Notes: generated from the letters alone by a model not told the origin. A stretch of DNA of 63,994 nucleotides from Pseudomonadota bacterium (GCA_023415605.1 JAEZKB010000052.1:1-63994), one strand, 5' to 3'; counted from the stretch's first letter, positions 9,947-20,051 are shown. Program-made: numbers and translations.

Positions 9947-10022
9947 GCCGCCTCCTCTCGCCCGGAACAACAATCAGCCTTTGCCGGTTCCCAAGGCAAG
10001 TCCGCAATGCTAGACCGCCGCC

Positions 10023-11366
10023 ATGCACCCGCTGATCCCCGCCAAGCCGCTGACCAACGTCCATCTGACCGGCATCGCCCGCGACCTCGCGGCCCGCGCC
10101 GAGGCCGGAAAACCCATCCGGGTCGGGGTGATAGGCTCGGGCGAGATGGGCACGGACCTGGTGACCCAGGGCGCCCTGATGCGCGGCATCGAGATCGCCG
10201 CCGTGGCGACCCGCCGCCCCCACACGGTGCGCGATGCCCTCAAGATCGCCTATGGCAACGACGATCGCGCCGCCGAGGCCGATAGTCCATCGAAGGTGTC
10301 CGCCGCTCTCGAAGCCGGGAAGCTCGCTATCTGCTCGGCTGAAACCCTTGTCACCACGCCACAAATCGACGTCGTCATCGATGCAACCGGTAAGCCCGGC
10401 GTCGCCGCCGACTATGACCTGATGGCCATGGAACACGGCAAGCACCTCGTGATGATGAATGTCGAGGCCGACGTCACCATCGGGCCGTACCTGAAGCAGC
10501 AGGCCGACCGCCTCGGCGTAATCTACTCCGTCGGCGCCGGCGACGAACCCAGCTCCTGCATGGAGCTGATCGAGTTCGCGACGGCCCTCGGCTATCGCAT
10601 CGTCTCCGCCGGCAAGGGCAAGAACAACCCGCTCAACCACGATGCCGTGCCGGACGACTACCGCGAGGAAGCCACCCGGCGGAACATGAACCCGCGCATG
10701 CTGGTCGAGTTCGTCGATGGGTCGAAGACCATGGTCGAGATGTGCGCTATCGCCAACGCCACCGGCCTTGTGCCGGACGTGCCGGGCATGCACGGCCCCA
10801 AGGCCGACCGCGACGATATGGTCAAGGTGCTGATCCCTAAGGCCGACGGCGGCATCCTGAACAAAAAGGGCGTTGTCGATTTCACCATCGGCAAGGGTGT
10901 CGCGCCGGGCGTCTTCGTCATCGTCGAGGCCGAACACCCCCGCATCATCGAGCGCATGGATGACCTCCATGTCGGCAAGGGTCCCTATTATAGCTTCTTC
11001 CGCCCCTATCACCTGACCTCGCTCGAAGTGCCGCTGACCGCCGCCCGCATCATGCTCTACGGCAAACCCGACATGGTGCCGCTGCCCAATCCGGTGGCCG
11101 AAGTTTGCGCCGTAGCCAAGCGCGATCTCGCGGTGGGCGAGACCTTCGATGCCATCGGCGAGACCTGCTACCGCAGCTTCATCATGACCATCGGCGACGC
11201 CCGCGCGAAGCAGGCCGTGCCGGTCGGCCTCCTCGAAGGGGGCAAGGTCATCGCGCCGGTGAAGAAGGGTGACCTGCTCACCCGGGCCAACGCCGCCCCC
11301 GACGCCACCACTCGCCTCTATGCCCTGCGGCTGCTGCAGGACCAGATGCTCGGGGTTTCCGCATGA
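10023..11366 (+). CDS. Homoserine-dehydrogenase-like NAD(P) oxidoreductase with C-terminal SAF domain
   Basis: GVIGSGEMG, NVEADVTIG, GDEP, FVDGSKT, RPYHL, AVAKRDL. Confidence 0.85.
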   Translation: MHPLIPAKPLTNVHLTGIARDLAARAEAGKPIRVGVIGSGEMGTDLVTQGALMRGIEIAAVATRRPHTVRDALKIAYGNDDRAAEADSPSKVSAALEAGKLAICSAETLVTTPQIDVVIDATGKPGVAADYDLMAMEHGKHLVMMNVEADVTIGPYLKQQADRLGVIYSVGAGDEPSSCMELIEFATALGYRIVSAGKGKNNPLNHDAVPDDYREEATRRNMNPRMLVEFVDGSKTMVEMCAIANATGLVPDVPGMHGPKADRDDMVKVLIPKADGGILNKKGVVDFTIGKGVAPGVFVIVEAEHPRIIERMDDLHVGKGPYYSFFRPYHLTSLEVPLTAARIMLYGKPDMVPLPNPVAEVCAVAKRDLAVGETFDAIGETCYRSFIMTIGDARAKQAVPVGLLEGGKVIAPVKKGDLLTRANAAPDATTRLYALRLLQDQMLGVSA

Positions 11367-11913
11367 CCATCATCTCGTTGGCGCCATGGGCAATATCGGC
11401 CGGCGCCTGATGACGGCCTTCCCCGAAACCATCGGGATCGACCGCGTGGCCGGAGCCGACATCGTCGCCTCGCTCGCCGAGATCGACTTTGAGGCGCCTG
11501 AGGTAAAAGCCGCCTTCGAAAAGGCCGATGGCCTCATCCATGTCGCCACCAGCGCCAATGTAGGCGACCCGGACGCGGTGCACTGGCAGGCCGTCGTCGA
11601 CACCGCCCGCCTTCTCGCCGCTTGCGACCGCTACGGCATCCGACGCGTCGTCATCCCGTCCTCCGACTGGGCCGACCCGAAGACCCGCTGGGCCGCTCAC
11701 AACCAGAACGCCTATGGCCATTCCAAGCGCGTCTTCGAGGAGATGGCCCACATGTACAATGTGGGCCACCCTGACCGGCACTGCGTTGCCCTCCGCATCG
11801 GCTGGGTCGCCCGCAATCCTGCCGAAGTCGAAGCAGCGGACCAATGGCTGCAAGCGAACTACTGGGACGACGCCCGCCTCATCGGCCAGATGCAAGCTGC
11901 GCTCGGCGACTAG
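11363..11913 (+). pseudogene. NAD-dependent epimerase/dehydratase (uronate dehydrogenase-like), apparent 1-nt frameshift near the start
   Basis: GAMGNIG, YGHSK, LRIGW in one frame; the coupled ATG at 11363 is in another; one added base restores MTI-x-LVGAMGNIG. Confidence 0.6.
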
Positions 11914-12884
11914 GGTCGGAGCGCGATCTTGCCTTGGCGGCCCTTGGCATTGCTGGCCTCCGCCGCTTCGGCCGCCTGATCGAGCGGGAAGACCTCGGCA
12001 ACAGCGAGCTTCAACGAACCCTCCGCTGCGCGGCGAACGAGGTCGATCCTGGCGGCGGCGAGTTCGGCCGGCGTCATCTTGAGCTCGGGCTTGGCGCCCC
12101 AGAACGCCGAAATCGTCGTCTGCTTGAACAGAAGGTTCTCGGCGGTCACCTGGATCGGACGCCCGCTGAGCGCCCCGAACGACACCAGCCGTCCGCCCTC
12201 GGCGACGAGATCCATCAGCTCGTCCGAAGCCCGGCCGCCGATCGAGTCCACGGCACGGATCACCGGCGCGCCGCCCGTGACCGCCCTTGCCCTATCCTGC
12301 CAGTCGGCATGCTCGGACGAAACCACATGTCCGATACCCTCGGCGGCGAGCTCGGCCACTGCCTCCTCGCGACGGACGATGTTGAGCACGTTGATGCCCC
12401 TCTCGGTCGCAAGCTTGGCCAGCATCTTGCCGACCGCGCCATTAGCGGCATTCTGCACGATCCAGTCGCCGGCCTTGACCTCCAGATCGGCGAGCAACCG
12501 TACCGCGCTCATCGGCATGGCCGTCAGCTGGCAGGCAGTTGCATCATCGATCGACGCCGGCACCACCACCAGCCCGGCCGTTTGGCTGAGGTAGTACTCC
12601 GACCACGCCCCGCTCGCGCCGCCGGTGACCCGGTCGCCGACCGCCACATTGGTGACGCCCTCGCCGAGCTTGTCGACAATGCCGAGCCCCTCGGTGCCCG
12701 GGTGGTGCGGCAGCGGCGGCTTCACGCCGTAGTGACCGGTGACGATCATCAGGTCGTGGTTGTGGATCGGTGACAGCACCAGCCTGACCCCCACCTGGCC
12801 CTTGCCCGGCTCAGGCAGGGGCAGGTCCTCGACCCGCAGCACCTTGCCGGGACTGCCATAAGCATCGAACACCACGCTCTTCAT
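11910..12884 (-). CDS. MDR-family (zinc-binding/quinone-type) oxidoreductase
   Basis: SPIHNHD, PGTEGLG, QNAANGAVG, GKIAL. Confidence 0.9.
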   Translation of the reverse strand: MKSVVFDAYGSPGKVLRVEDLPLPEPGKGQVGVRLVLSPIHNHDLMIVTGHYGVKPPLPHHPGTEGLGIVDKLGEGVTNVAVGDRVTGGASGAWSEYYLSQTAGLVVVPASIDDATACQLTAMPMSAVRLLADLEVKAGDWIVQNAANGAVGKMLAKLATERGINVLNIVRREEAVAELAAEGIGHVVSSEHADWQDRARAVTGGAPVIRAVDSIGGRASDELMDLVAEGGRLVSFGALSGRPIQVTAENLLFKQTTISAFWGAKPELKMTPAELAAARIDLVRRAAEGSLKLAVAEVFPLDQAAEAAEASNAKGRQGKIALRP

Positions 12885-12932
12885 CGTCTCACTCCATTGC
12901 TGCGGCAGAACTGCTATCGCATCGGGGCGGCG

Positions 12933-13841
12933 TCAGAGAAAGTCCTTCATCAGCTCGAAGCGCCTGGCCAGCACATTGACGAAGCCGCGCACCTTGGGCG
13001 TGATGTTGCGGTTGGACGGATAGACCGCATTGATGTCCACCGCCTGGATCTTCCAGTCGGTGAGCACGCGCACCAGTTGCCCCGCGCGCAGGGCGTCCCC
13101 CGTAATGAACTCGGGCAGGTAGGTGATGCCGAGCCCGGCCACCGCCGCCGCGCAGAGAAGCGCGCCGGCATTGGCCTGCACGGTCGTATGCACCGGCACC
13201 CGGCGCTCTTCTTCTCCGCGCCGCATCACCCACAGCGCCCCGGCCTTGAGCCCGGTATGGTGGACAATGTCATGCGCGTGCAGGTCTTCGACCTCCACCA
13301 GGGCGCCACGCCGCGCCAGATAGTCCGGCGATGCAGTGAGCGTGACCGAGGAAACCGCCAGCCGCCGCACGATGAGATTGGGCTCAACCGCCAGCGAGGC
13401 TCGGATGGCGAGATCGAACCCCTCCTTGATGATGTCGACGCGCCGGGCCGACAGGTCGAGCTCGATCGAGAGCCCGGGCTGCTCGGCCATGAACTCGGCC
13501 ATCGCCGGCACGATGAAGCGCTCGCCCAGTTCCTCCGGCGCCGTGATGCGGATCTTGCCCACCGCCTCGGTCTGATAGCTCTCTGCCACCTGCCTTGCCT
13601 GCGTCACCTGCCCGATCACGCCACCCAGTGCATTTCGATAGGCCTCGCCCGCCTCGGTAAGCCGGACATGGCGGGTCGATCGCTGGAACAGCCGCACACC
13701 GAGCCGCCTCTCTAGATCGGCGATCTGCGCCGAAAGTGTTGCCCGACCCATGCCAAGGCGTTCAGCAGCAGCGCCAAAATTGAGCGTTTCTGAAAGCGCG
13801 ATGAACGAAGACACGCCAGCGAGCGGATCGAGCGTTTTCAT
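12933..13841 (-). CDS. LysR-family regulator (CrgA-like)
   Basis: LERRLGVRLFQRSTRHVRLTEAG; EGFDLAIR; AGLGITYLP. Confidence 0.95.
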   Translation of the reverse strand: MKTLDPLAGVSSFIALSETLNFGAAAERLGMGRATLSAQIADLERRLGVRLFQRSTRHVRLTEAGEAYRNALGGVIGQVTQARQVAESYQTEAVGKIRITAPEELGERFIVPAMAEFMAEQPGLSIELDLSARRVDIIKEGFDLAIRASLAVEPNLIVRRLAVSSVTLTASPDYLARRGALVEVEDLHAHDIVHHTGLKAGALWVMRRGEEERRVPVHTTVQANAGALLCAAAVAGLGITYLPEFITGDALRAGQLVRVLTDWKIQAVDINAVYPSNRNITPKVRGFVNVLARRFELMKDFL

Positions 13842-13845
13842 TGGA

Positions 13846-13885
13846 CAGATCATCCGGATAATCTGATCAGATCATCGGGATTATC
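13846..13885. promoter_or_regulatory. Tandem imperfect palindromes, probable LysR operators
   Basis: CAGATCATCCGGATAATC and CAGATCATCGGGATTATC, 22-bp period, in the divergent lysR/cupin gap. Confidence 0.6.
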
Positions 13886-13956
13886 ATGTCCGCGAGCCCG
13901 GCGTAACTCCTTGCCATCAAAACGCGGCACCCCGCCGCCACCAAAGGAGAACCCAA

Positions 13957-14412
13957 ATGACCTTCAATACTGCCGCCGTCTCGCCTGCCGGTTCGGCCCA
14001 GCGCGTCAACTCGATCAGCACCATCGACATCCGAGTGCCAACCGTCGCCACCGCGGGCGCCATGTGCATCTTCGAAAGCTTGGTTTCCGCCAATGACGGC
14101 CCGCCGATGCACATCCACGGCCGCGAGGACGAGATGTTCTACGTGCTCGACGGCCACTTCCAGTTCTGGTGCGGCGACGAGACCTTCAGCGGCGGCCCCG
14201 GCACCACGGCGCTGCTGCCGCGCGGCGTACCGCACACCTACAAGAACATTGGCAGCACCGAAGGCCGCCTGCTGGTCACCGTCACCCCCGGCGGCTTCGA
14301 GAACTTCTTCGTCGATATTGCTAACGAGAAAGCCGTTGAACCCGCCGCTCTGATGGCCATCGGCGCCCGCTACGGTCTCACCTTCCTGCCCCCCAAGGCC
14401 GAAGCTGCGTGA
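13957..14412 (+). CDS. Cupin-domain protein (quercetinase-like)
   Basis: GPPMHIHGREDE, PRGVPHTY, TPGGFE; AAGGAG RBS. Confidence 0.9.
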   Translation: MTFNTAAVSPAGSAQRVNSISTIDIRVPTVATAGAMCIFESLVSANDGPPMHIHGREDEMFYVLDGHFQFWCGDETFSGGPGTTALLPRGVPHTYKNIGSTEGRLLVTVTPGGFENFFVDIANEKAVEPAALMAIGARYGLTFLPPKAEAA

Positions 14413-14428
14413 TCCAACAGTCGGCGAT

Positions 14429-14557
14429 CTCTCCCGCTTCCGGGCGAGGGGACCGACGATAGGCCGGTCGAGGGGGGTGCCACTGGCGCGACAAGCACAA
14501 ACTGCTCCCCCTCCTCCGTCGGCTTGGCCGCCACCTTCTCCCGCAAACGGGAGAAGG
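14429..14557. repeat. RIME-like repeated palindromic element
   Basis: CTCTCCCG..CGGGCGAG at left and perfect CCTTCTCCCG-caaa-CGGGAGAAGG at right; between convergent genes. Confidence 0.65.
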
Positions 14558-14571
14558 ATGCGACTGAGACA

Positions 14572-15705
14572 TCAATCCAGCGTCTGCCGGTAGCGCAGCA
14601 TGGCAATCCCCGAGATCGCCACCAGGATCACGCCGAGCGCCAGGAACTGTGGCGCGACATCGGCGACGTCGCCGCCCTTGAGCATCACGGCCCGAACAAC
14701 GCGCAGGAAGTGCGTCGCCGGTACACCGGTGCCGAGGAACTGGGCCCAGCCCGGCATACCGGCAAAGGGGAACATGAAGCCCGAGAGCAGGATCGAGGGC
14801 AGGATGGTGAAGAACGAGAGCTGCATCGCCTGCATCTGGCTGCGCGCCACCGTAGAGATCAGGAAGCCGAGCGCCAGGTTGACCACGATGAAGAGGTTGA
14901 AGCCAATAAAGAAGGCGAGCCAGCTGCCCTCGAACGGCACGCCGAAGACCAACCCGGCTGCAACCAGGAACACCACCGCCTGCACATAACCCACGAAGAC
15001 ATAGGGCAGGATCTTGCCCAGCATGACCTCGAGCGGTCTGGCCGGCGTGGCGATCAGCATCTCCATGGTGCCGCGCTCGCTCTCCTTGACGATGGCGACC
15101 GCGGTGATCATCACCATCGTCATCGAGAGGATGATGGCCAGCAGCCCCGGCACGATGTTGGTCGAGGTCTTGCCCTCGGGATTGTATTCGCGATGCACCA
15201 CCACCGAGAAGGCAGGCGGCGCACCGGCTGTGGTCGCCAGCGGCCCTTGCAGCACATCCTTGATGGCGACGTTTACGATGCCCGACAGCGCCGACGCGGC
15301 GCCACCCACCGCCGACGGATCCGAAGCATCGGCGGCGATGAGAATGTCCGGATGCCGGCCGCGGATCACGTCGCGTTCGAAGTCTTGCGGAATGACGACG
15401 ACGAAGTTTGCTTCGCCCCGGCGCAAGGCTTCCTCGCCCTCGGCAACGCCCATCACCGGCCCGCGGAAATCGAAATAGCCCGATTGCTGCATGCCCGAAA
15501 TGACCGCCCGGGTGAGCGGACCGTCGTCGCCCATTTCCACCAGTGTCGGCAGGTGGCGCGGATCGGCATTGATGGCGAAACCGAACAGCAGAAGTTGCAC
15601 GATGGGGAGGCCGATCATCATCGCGAAGGTGACATGGTCCCTCCGCATCTGGATGAACTCCTTGTAGAGCACCGCGCCGAAGCGGCTGAGCGAGAAGGCG
15701 CTCAT
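14572..15705 (-). CDS. ABC-2 type exporter permease
   Basis: KEFIQMRRD, LLLFGFAIN, KESERGTMEML, LLSGFMFP; start MSAFSL overlaps the ATPase stop. Confidence 0.93.
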   Translation of the reverse strand: MSAFSLSRFGAVLYKEFIQMRRDHVTFAMMIGLPIVQLLLFGFAINADPRHLPTLVEMGDDGPLTRAVISGMQQSGYFDFRGPVMGVAEGEEALRRGEANFVVVIPQDFERDVIRGRHPDILIAADASDPSAVGGAASALSGIVNVAIKDVLQGPLATTAGAPPAFSVVVHREYNPEGKTSTNIVPGLLAIILSMTMVMITAVAIVKESERGTMEMLIATPARPLEVMLGKILPYVFVGYVQAVVFLVAAGLVFGVPFEGSWLAFFIGFNLFIVVNLALGFLISTVARSQMQAMQLSFFTILPSILLSGFMFPFAGMPGWAQFLGTGVPATHFLRVVRAVMLKGGDVADVAPQFLALGVILVAISGIAMLRYRQTLD

Positions 15706-16652
15706 GCGGCGACCTTGCCGGAGTCTGCGGCGAAATTGTCGCGTGCGCCCGCCATCAGATAGATGAACGCCTCTTCGAGCCCGGCCACCTGCAGGCTCCA
15801 GCGATGCGTGCCCTCGGCCTTGAACCGCTCGACCGTTGCTTCCAGCGCCGCCTTGTCGGTGCCTGAGACATGAAGCACGGCGCCGAACCGCGCCACCTGT
15901 TCGACGCCGGGTTCCTTGCTCAGCCTGTCCTCGAGTGCCGCCAGGTCGGGCCCTTCCACCCGCCAGGTTTCGAGCCCGACCATTTTCGGAATATCGGCCG
16001 AGCGCCCGTCGATCAGCTTCTTGCCATAAGCGATGTAGGTAATGAAATCGCACTGCACCGCCTCGTCCATGTAGTGGGTCGAGACCAGCACGGTGACGCC
16101 CTTGGCCGACAGCCGGCGGATTTCGTCCCAGAAGTCGCGCCGCGCCTTGGGATCGACGCCGGCGGTGGGCTCGTCGAGCAGCAGCAACTGCGGGTTGTGG
16201 AGGAGGCACGCCGCCAGCGCCAGCCGCTGCTTCCAGCCACCCGATAGTGATCCGGCGAGCTGCTTCTGCCGATCCGCGAGGCCGAGATCGCGCAGCGCCT
16301 CTTCTACCCGCTGCTTGCGCCTGTCGAGCCGGTACATGCGGGCGACGAAATCTAGGTTCTCGCGGATACTGAGGTCCTCGTAGTACGAGAACTTCTGCGT
16401 CATGTAGCCGACCTCTTCCTTGATCCGGTCGGCTTCCTTGCGCACGTCGAACCCCAGGCACGTGCCCTCGCCCTCGTCCGGCGTCAGCAGCCCGCAGAGC
16501 ATGCGGATGGTCGTAGTCTTGCCCGAGCCATTGGGGCCCAGAAAGCCATAGATGGCGCCGCGCGGCACCTGGATGTCGAAATGGTCGACCACGCGCTTCT
16601 CACCGAAGTTCTTGGTGAGGCCTCGGACATCGATGACCGGTTCACCGTTCAT
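15702..16652 (-). CDS. ABC transporter ATP-binding protein
   Basis: GPNGSGKTT, LSGG, LLLDEPT, STH. Confidence 0.96.
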   Translation of the reverse strand: MNGEPVIDVRGLTKNFGEKRVVDHFDIQVPRGAIYGFLGPNGSGKTTTIRMLCGLLTPDEGEGTCLGFDVRKEADRIKEEVGYMTQKFSYYEDLSIRENLDFVARMYRLDRRKQRVEEALRDLGLADRQKQLAGSLSGGWKQRLALAACLLHNPQLLLLDEPTAGVDPKARRDFWDEIRRLSAKGVTVLVSTHYMDEAVQCDFITYIAYGKKLIDGRSADIPKMVGLETWRVEGPDLAALEDRLSKEPGVEQVARFGAVLHVSGTDKAALEATVERFKAEGTHRWSLQVAGLEEAFIYLMAGARDNFAADSGKVAA

Positions 16653-17590
16653 TTCGCCACCGTCACCGGCTGCCCCGGATGCAGCGACGACGCGTCGCTG
16701 AGTGTCGCTTCGGCAAGGAATGTGAGCCGGCTGCGCTCGTCGCGCGAATAGATCACCGGCGGAGTGAACTGCGGATCGGAGGCGAAGTAGCTGACCGTGG
16801 CCGCCAGTCCCGCGCCGCATCCGTCGCAGCTGACCCTGAGCGTCTCGCCCAGCGAGAACGCCGGCCGGTCCGCCTGGGCAAGGTAAAACTTGACCTTGAG
16901 TGCATCGGCGGGCTGCAGCGCCACCACCGGCGTACCCGCCTGGGCCAGCTCGCCACCCGAGAAATAGAGCCGCTCGACCCGCCCGTCCTGCGGCGCCAGC
17001 ACCGTGCGGTCGGCGAGATCGGCCCGCGCCCTGTCCGCATCGGCTTCGGCCGCCACCAGCGTCGCCTCGGCGGCAACGCGTTGCGGATCGCGCGCCGGCA
17101 ATTCGGCGACGCGCAACTGCGCTTCGAGTTGGTGAACCTGCGCCTCAGCGCTGCGCAGTGTCGCGCGGTCCTGGTCGGCTTTGGCCTGCGGCACCAGCCC
17201 CTCCGCCAGGAGCTTATCGCTCCGCTCGGACTGGCTCTGTGCCAGCGACAGGTCGGCATTGGCCTTGTCGAGATTGGCGCGAATGACGTCAATCTCGGCG
17301 TCGCGGCTGCCGGTGGCGAGGTTCTCGGCATTGGCACGCGCTGCCTCCACACGCGCTTCGGCCGCCCGCAGCACCGCCTGCTGCTGCCGGCTGTCGAGGA
17401 TGAACAGCACCTCGCCCGCCTTCACCGCCTGGCCCTCGCGCGCCACCACCGTCTCGATGGTCCCCGGACTGGGCGCGCCAACATAGACATAATCAGCCTC
17501 GACATAGCCGTTCCAGCTCGGCTCCGGCGCCGGACCCATGCCGGGCACCAGCGCCAGCAGACCCGCGAAGAATGTCATGACTTCGTCCAT
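16649..17590 (-). CDS. HlyD-family periplasmic adaptor
   Basis: GYVEADYV, lipoyl half-motifs, coiled coil, QFTPPVIYS, LHPGQPV. Confidence 0.92.
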   Translation of the reverse strand: MDEVMTFFAGLLALVPGMGPAPEPSWNGYVEADYVYVGAPSPGTIETVVAREGQAVKAGEVLFILDSRQQQAVLRAAEARVEAARANAENLATGSRDAEIDVIRANLDKANADLSLAQSQSERSDKLLAEGLVPQAKADQDRATLRSAEAQVHQLEAQLRVAELPARDPQRVAAEATLVAAEADADRARADLADRTVLAPQDGRVERLYFSGGELAQAGTPVVALQPADALKVKFYLAQADRPAFSLGETLRVSCDGCGAGLAATVSYFASDPQFTPPVIYSRDERSRLTFLAEATLSDASSLHPGQPVTVAK

Positions 17591-17602
17591 CGGAAGCCTC
17601 CG

Positions 17603-18265
17603 TTACGAGCTCGACCACTGCTTGGCGCTGGGCGGCGCGCTGAGCCCGTCGAAGAGAATGGTGAGATGGTTGTCGACCAGCTTGTCGAACTGCATGCCGC
17701 CCTCGGGCATGATCCCGAAGATCTCGGCCATGGCGACATGCAGCACCAGCGGCCCGACGATCGAACGAATGGTCAGATGCGGATCGACCGGCCGCAGATA
17801 ACCCTGATCGATGCCGCGGGCGATGAGCCGCTCGACCACCGGGATCACCTTGTCGAGCACTTCGCGCCGGTACATTTGCGCCAATTGCGGGAACGCCTTC
17901 ACCTCACGAAAGACGATGCGCGGGATGGCGGTGGTCTTGGGGTCGCTGAGTCGGTGCGCGGCCATCTTGAGGACCATGGTGATGGTCAGGCGCGGGTCCT
18001 GGTCGAGATCGAGAAACTGCAGCGCATTGTCGGCGATCGGCACCACCGCGCGCCGCACCAGCGCCTCCATGATCGCTTCCTTGGACGGGAAGTAGAGGTA
18101 GACCGCCCCTTTCGAAATTCCTGCCCGCCTGGCGATATCGTCGACCCGTGTCTGCGTGAACCCCAGTTCGATGAAGAGATCGAGCGCCGCATCCAGCACC
18201 TCGTCGGGCCGCGCTTCGGCGCGCCGTCTGAATTTCGGAACCCGTCTGGATGTGTCGTCGGTCAT
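17603..18265 (-). CDS. TetR/AcrR-family regulator
   Basis: TRVDDIARRAGISKGAVYLYFPSKE. Confidence 0.95.
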   Translation of the reverse strand: MTDDTSRRVPKFRRRAEARPDEVLDAALDLFIELGFTQTRVDDIARRAGISKGAVYLYFPSKEAIMEALVRRAVVPIADNALQFLDLDQDPRLTITMVLKMAAHRLSDPKTTAIPRIVFREVKAFPQLAQMYRREVLDKVIPVVERLIARGIDQGYLRPVDPHLTIRSIVGPLVLHVAMAEIFGIMPEGGMQFDKLVDNHLTILFDGLSAPPSAKQWSSS

Positions 18266-18290
18266 CGGCATCTCTCGCTCGCGGGATATA

Positions 18291-18334
18291 TGACCGCTCG
18301 GTCAGCTACGATATAACTGACCGAAGAGTCAGTT
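18291..18334. promoter_or_regulatory. Two TGAC-N6-GTCA palindromes, probable TetR operators
   Basis: TGACCG-ct-CGGTCA (18291-18304) and AACTGAC-cgaaga-GTCAGTT (18315-18334) directly upstream of tetR. Confidence 0.7.
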
Positions 18335-18383
18335 GCAAGTACCTTGCGCCGCCTGGTTAGCAAACCGCAAACCAGAAACCGAA

Positions 18384-18409
18384 GGAACGCTCGCACTATC
18401 GTGGCCGTT
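18384..18409 (+). promoter_or_regulatory. EcfG/SigT-type promoter
   Basis: GGAAC-N17-CGTT upstream of the SH3 gene. Confidence 0.7.
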
Positions 18410-18454
18410 AGGGCATGGAACGATGTGGATCCTGGAACCTGGCGAACGATGCCC

Positions 18455-18922
18455 ATGCGCAAGTCGATCGTGAGAACTCTGACAGTCGGTACCATCGCCC
18501 TGGCGGGCGTTGCCGGTAGCGCTTGGTTTGCGCTCGGGGACTTGCGCCAGCTTCCGGTTGAAACTGAAACCGCTGTCACTGCTACGGCACTGAAGCCGAG
18601 CTACCTCGTTTCCGTACGCGCCCCGACGCCCGAAGAACAGGCCCAGCGCGATGCTTTGGCCAAGGCCAAGCCCATCCAGCCGGTCATCGATCTCACCCCG
18701 AAGGCGGTCGAAGTCGCCGCGGCCGAGGTGCCGTCCGGACCGCTGGCGACGGTCACCAGCAACGTCAATGTGCGGTCGGGCCCCGGCACCGACAGTGCCG
18801 CCCTGACCGTTGCGACCGCCGGCTCGCAATTGCCTGTCGTCGGCGCGCAGGACGGCTGGACCCAGGTTGCCCTGCCCGACGGCGGCAATGGCTGGATCGC
18901 CAGCCGGTTCCTGTCGCAGTAA
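18455..18922 (+). CDS. Exported SH3b-domain protein
   Basis: N-terminal hydrophobic segment; NVNVRSGPGT...GWTQV...GWIASRFL. Confidence 0.88.
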   Translation: MRKSIVRTLTVGTIALAGVAGSAWFALGDLRQLPVETETAVTATALKPSYLVSVRAPTPEEQAQRDALAKAKPIQPVIDLTPKAVEVAAAEVPSGPLATVTSNVNVRSGPGTDSAALTVATAGSQLPVVGAQDGWTQVALPDGGNGWIASRFLSQ

Positions 18923-19026
18923 CCGCACCACCCGATCTTCCTGCACCCGAAAAGTCGTATATTTCCGTCGTGGACGGACGCGCTCGCTATGGGATAGCGT
19001 CCGGCGCCGTCTTGAGGAGGAAATCA

Positions 19027-20043
19027 ATGACTGAATCGCGCAAGGTCCGCTGGGGCATCCTGTCCACCGCCAATATCGGCGTGCAGAAGGTCATTCCGGC
19101 CATCCTCAAGTCGCCCCATTCCGAGGTCGTCGCCATGGCCTCGCGCGATCTGGCCCGCGCCCATACAGCGCTGAGTCATCTCGGCCTGCGCAGCCATGCC
19201 CGCGCCTATGGCAGCTACGAAGAACTGTTCGCCGATCCCAATATCGACGCCATCTACAACCCGCTGCCCACCCACCTGCACGTCCCCATGACCCTCGCGG
19301 CGGCCAAGGCTGGCAAGCACGTGCTCTGTGAAAAGCCGATTGCGCTCAACGCCAGGGAAGCCGAGCAGCTGCGCCAGTGCCCGTCCAACGTCATCGTCAT
19401 GGAAGCCTTCATGGTCCGCTTCCACCCGCAGTGGCACCGTGCCCGCGAGATCGTCCGCTCGGGTGAACTGGGCGAGTTGCGCGCTATCCGCGCCGCCTTC
19501 CTCTACAACAACACCGACCCCAACAATGTCCGCAACCAGGCCGATATCGGCGGTGGCGGCATCATGGATATCGGCTGCTACCCGATCACCGCCGGCCGCT
19601 TCCTGTTCGAAGGCGAGCCGCAGCGCGTGGTGTCCCTCGTGGACCGTGATCCCGACTTCAAGACCGACCGCCTGGCTTCCGTCATCGCCGATTTCGGCTA
19701 TGGCCGGCAGCTGACCTTCACCTGCTCGACCCAGTCGGTGGGCCACCAGACCATCGAGGTCATCGGCACCAAGGGCCGCGTCGAAATCGTCATCCCGTTC
19801 AACGCGCCGCCTGACACCGCGACTGCCATTCTGGTCGATAACGGCGCCGCCCTCGACAAGAGCCTCGCCCGCCGCGAGATCATCCGCCCCGTGGACCAAT
19901 ACACCGAGCAGGCCGAAGCTTTCGCTCTCGCCGTTCTCGGCGACAAGCCGCTGCCCTACGGCGTCGAAGACTCCATCCTCAACATGCGGGTCATCGACGC
20001 CGTCTTCGAAAGCGAGAAGACCGGCGCCTGGGCGAAGGTTTGA
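19027..20043 (+). CDS. Gfo/Idh/MocA oxidoreductase
   Basis: WGILSTANIG, HVLCEKP, GGGGIMDIGCY; GAGGAGG RBS. Confidence 0.95.
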   Translation: MTESRKVRWGILSTANIGVQKVIPAILKSPHSEVVAMASRDLARAHTALSHLGLRSHARAYGSYEELFADPNIDAIYNPLPTHLHVPMTLAAAKAGKHVLCEKPIALNAREAEQLRQCPSNVIVMEAFMVRFHPQWHRAREIVRSGELGELRAIRAAFLYNNTDPNNVRNQADIGGGGIMDIGCYPITAGRFLFEGEPQRVVSLVDRDPDFKTDRLASVIADFGYGRQLTFTCSTQSVGHQTIEVIGTKGRVEIVIPFNAPPDTATAILVDNGAALDKSLARREIIRPVDQYTEQAEAFALAVLGDKPLPYGVEDSILNMRVIDAVFESEKTGAWAKV

Positions 20044-20051
20044 AATCAGCC

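Noticed and set aside
14572..16461. 629-aa fused ABC permease from the ORF track
   Set aside because: The N-terminal extension is an off-frame read of the ATPase; the real start is 15705
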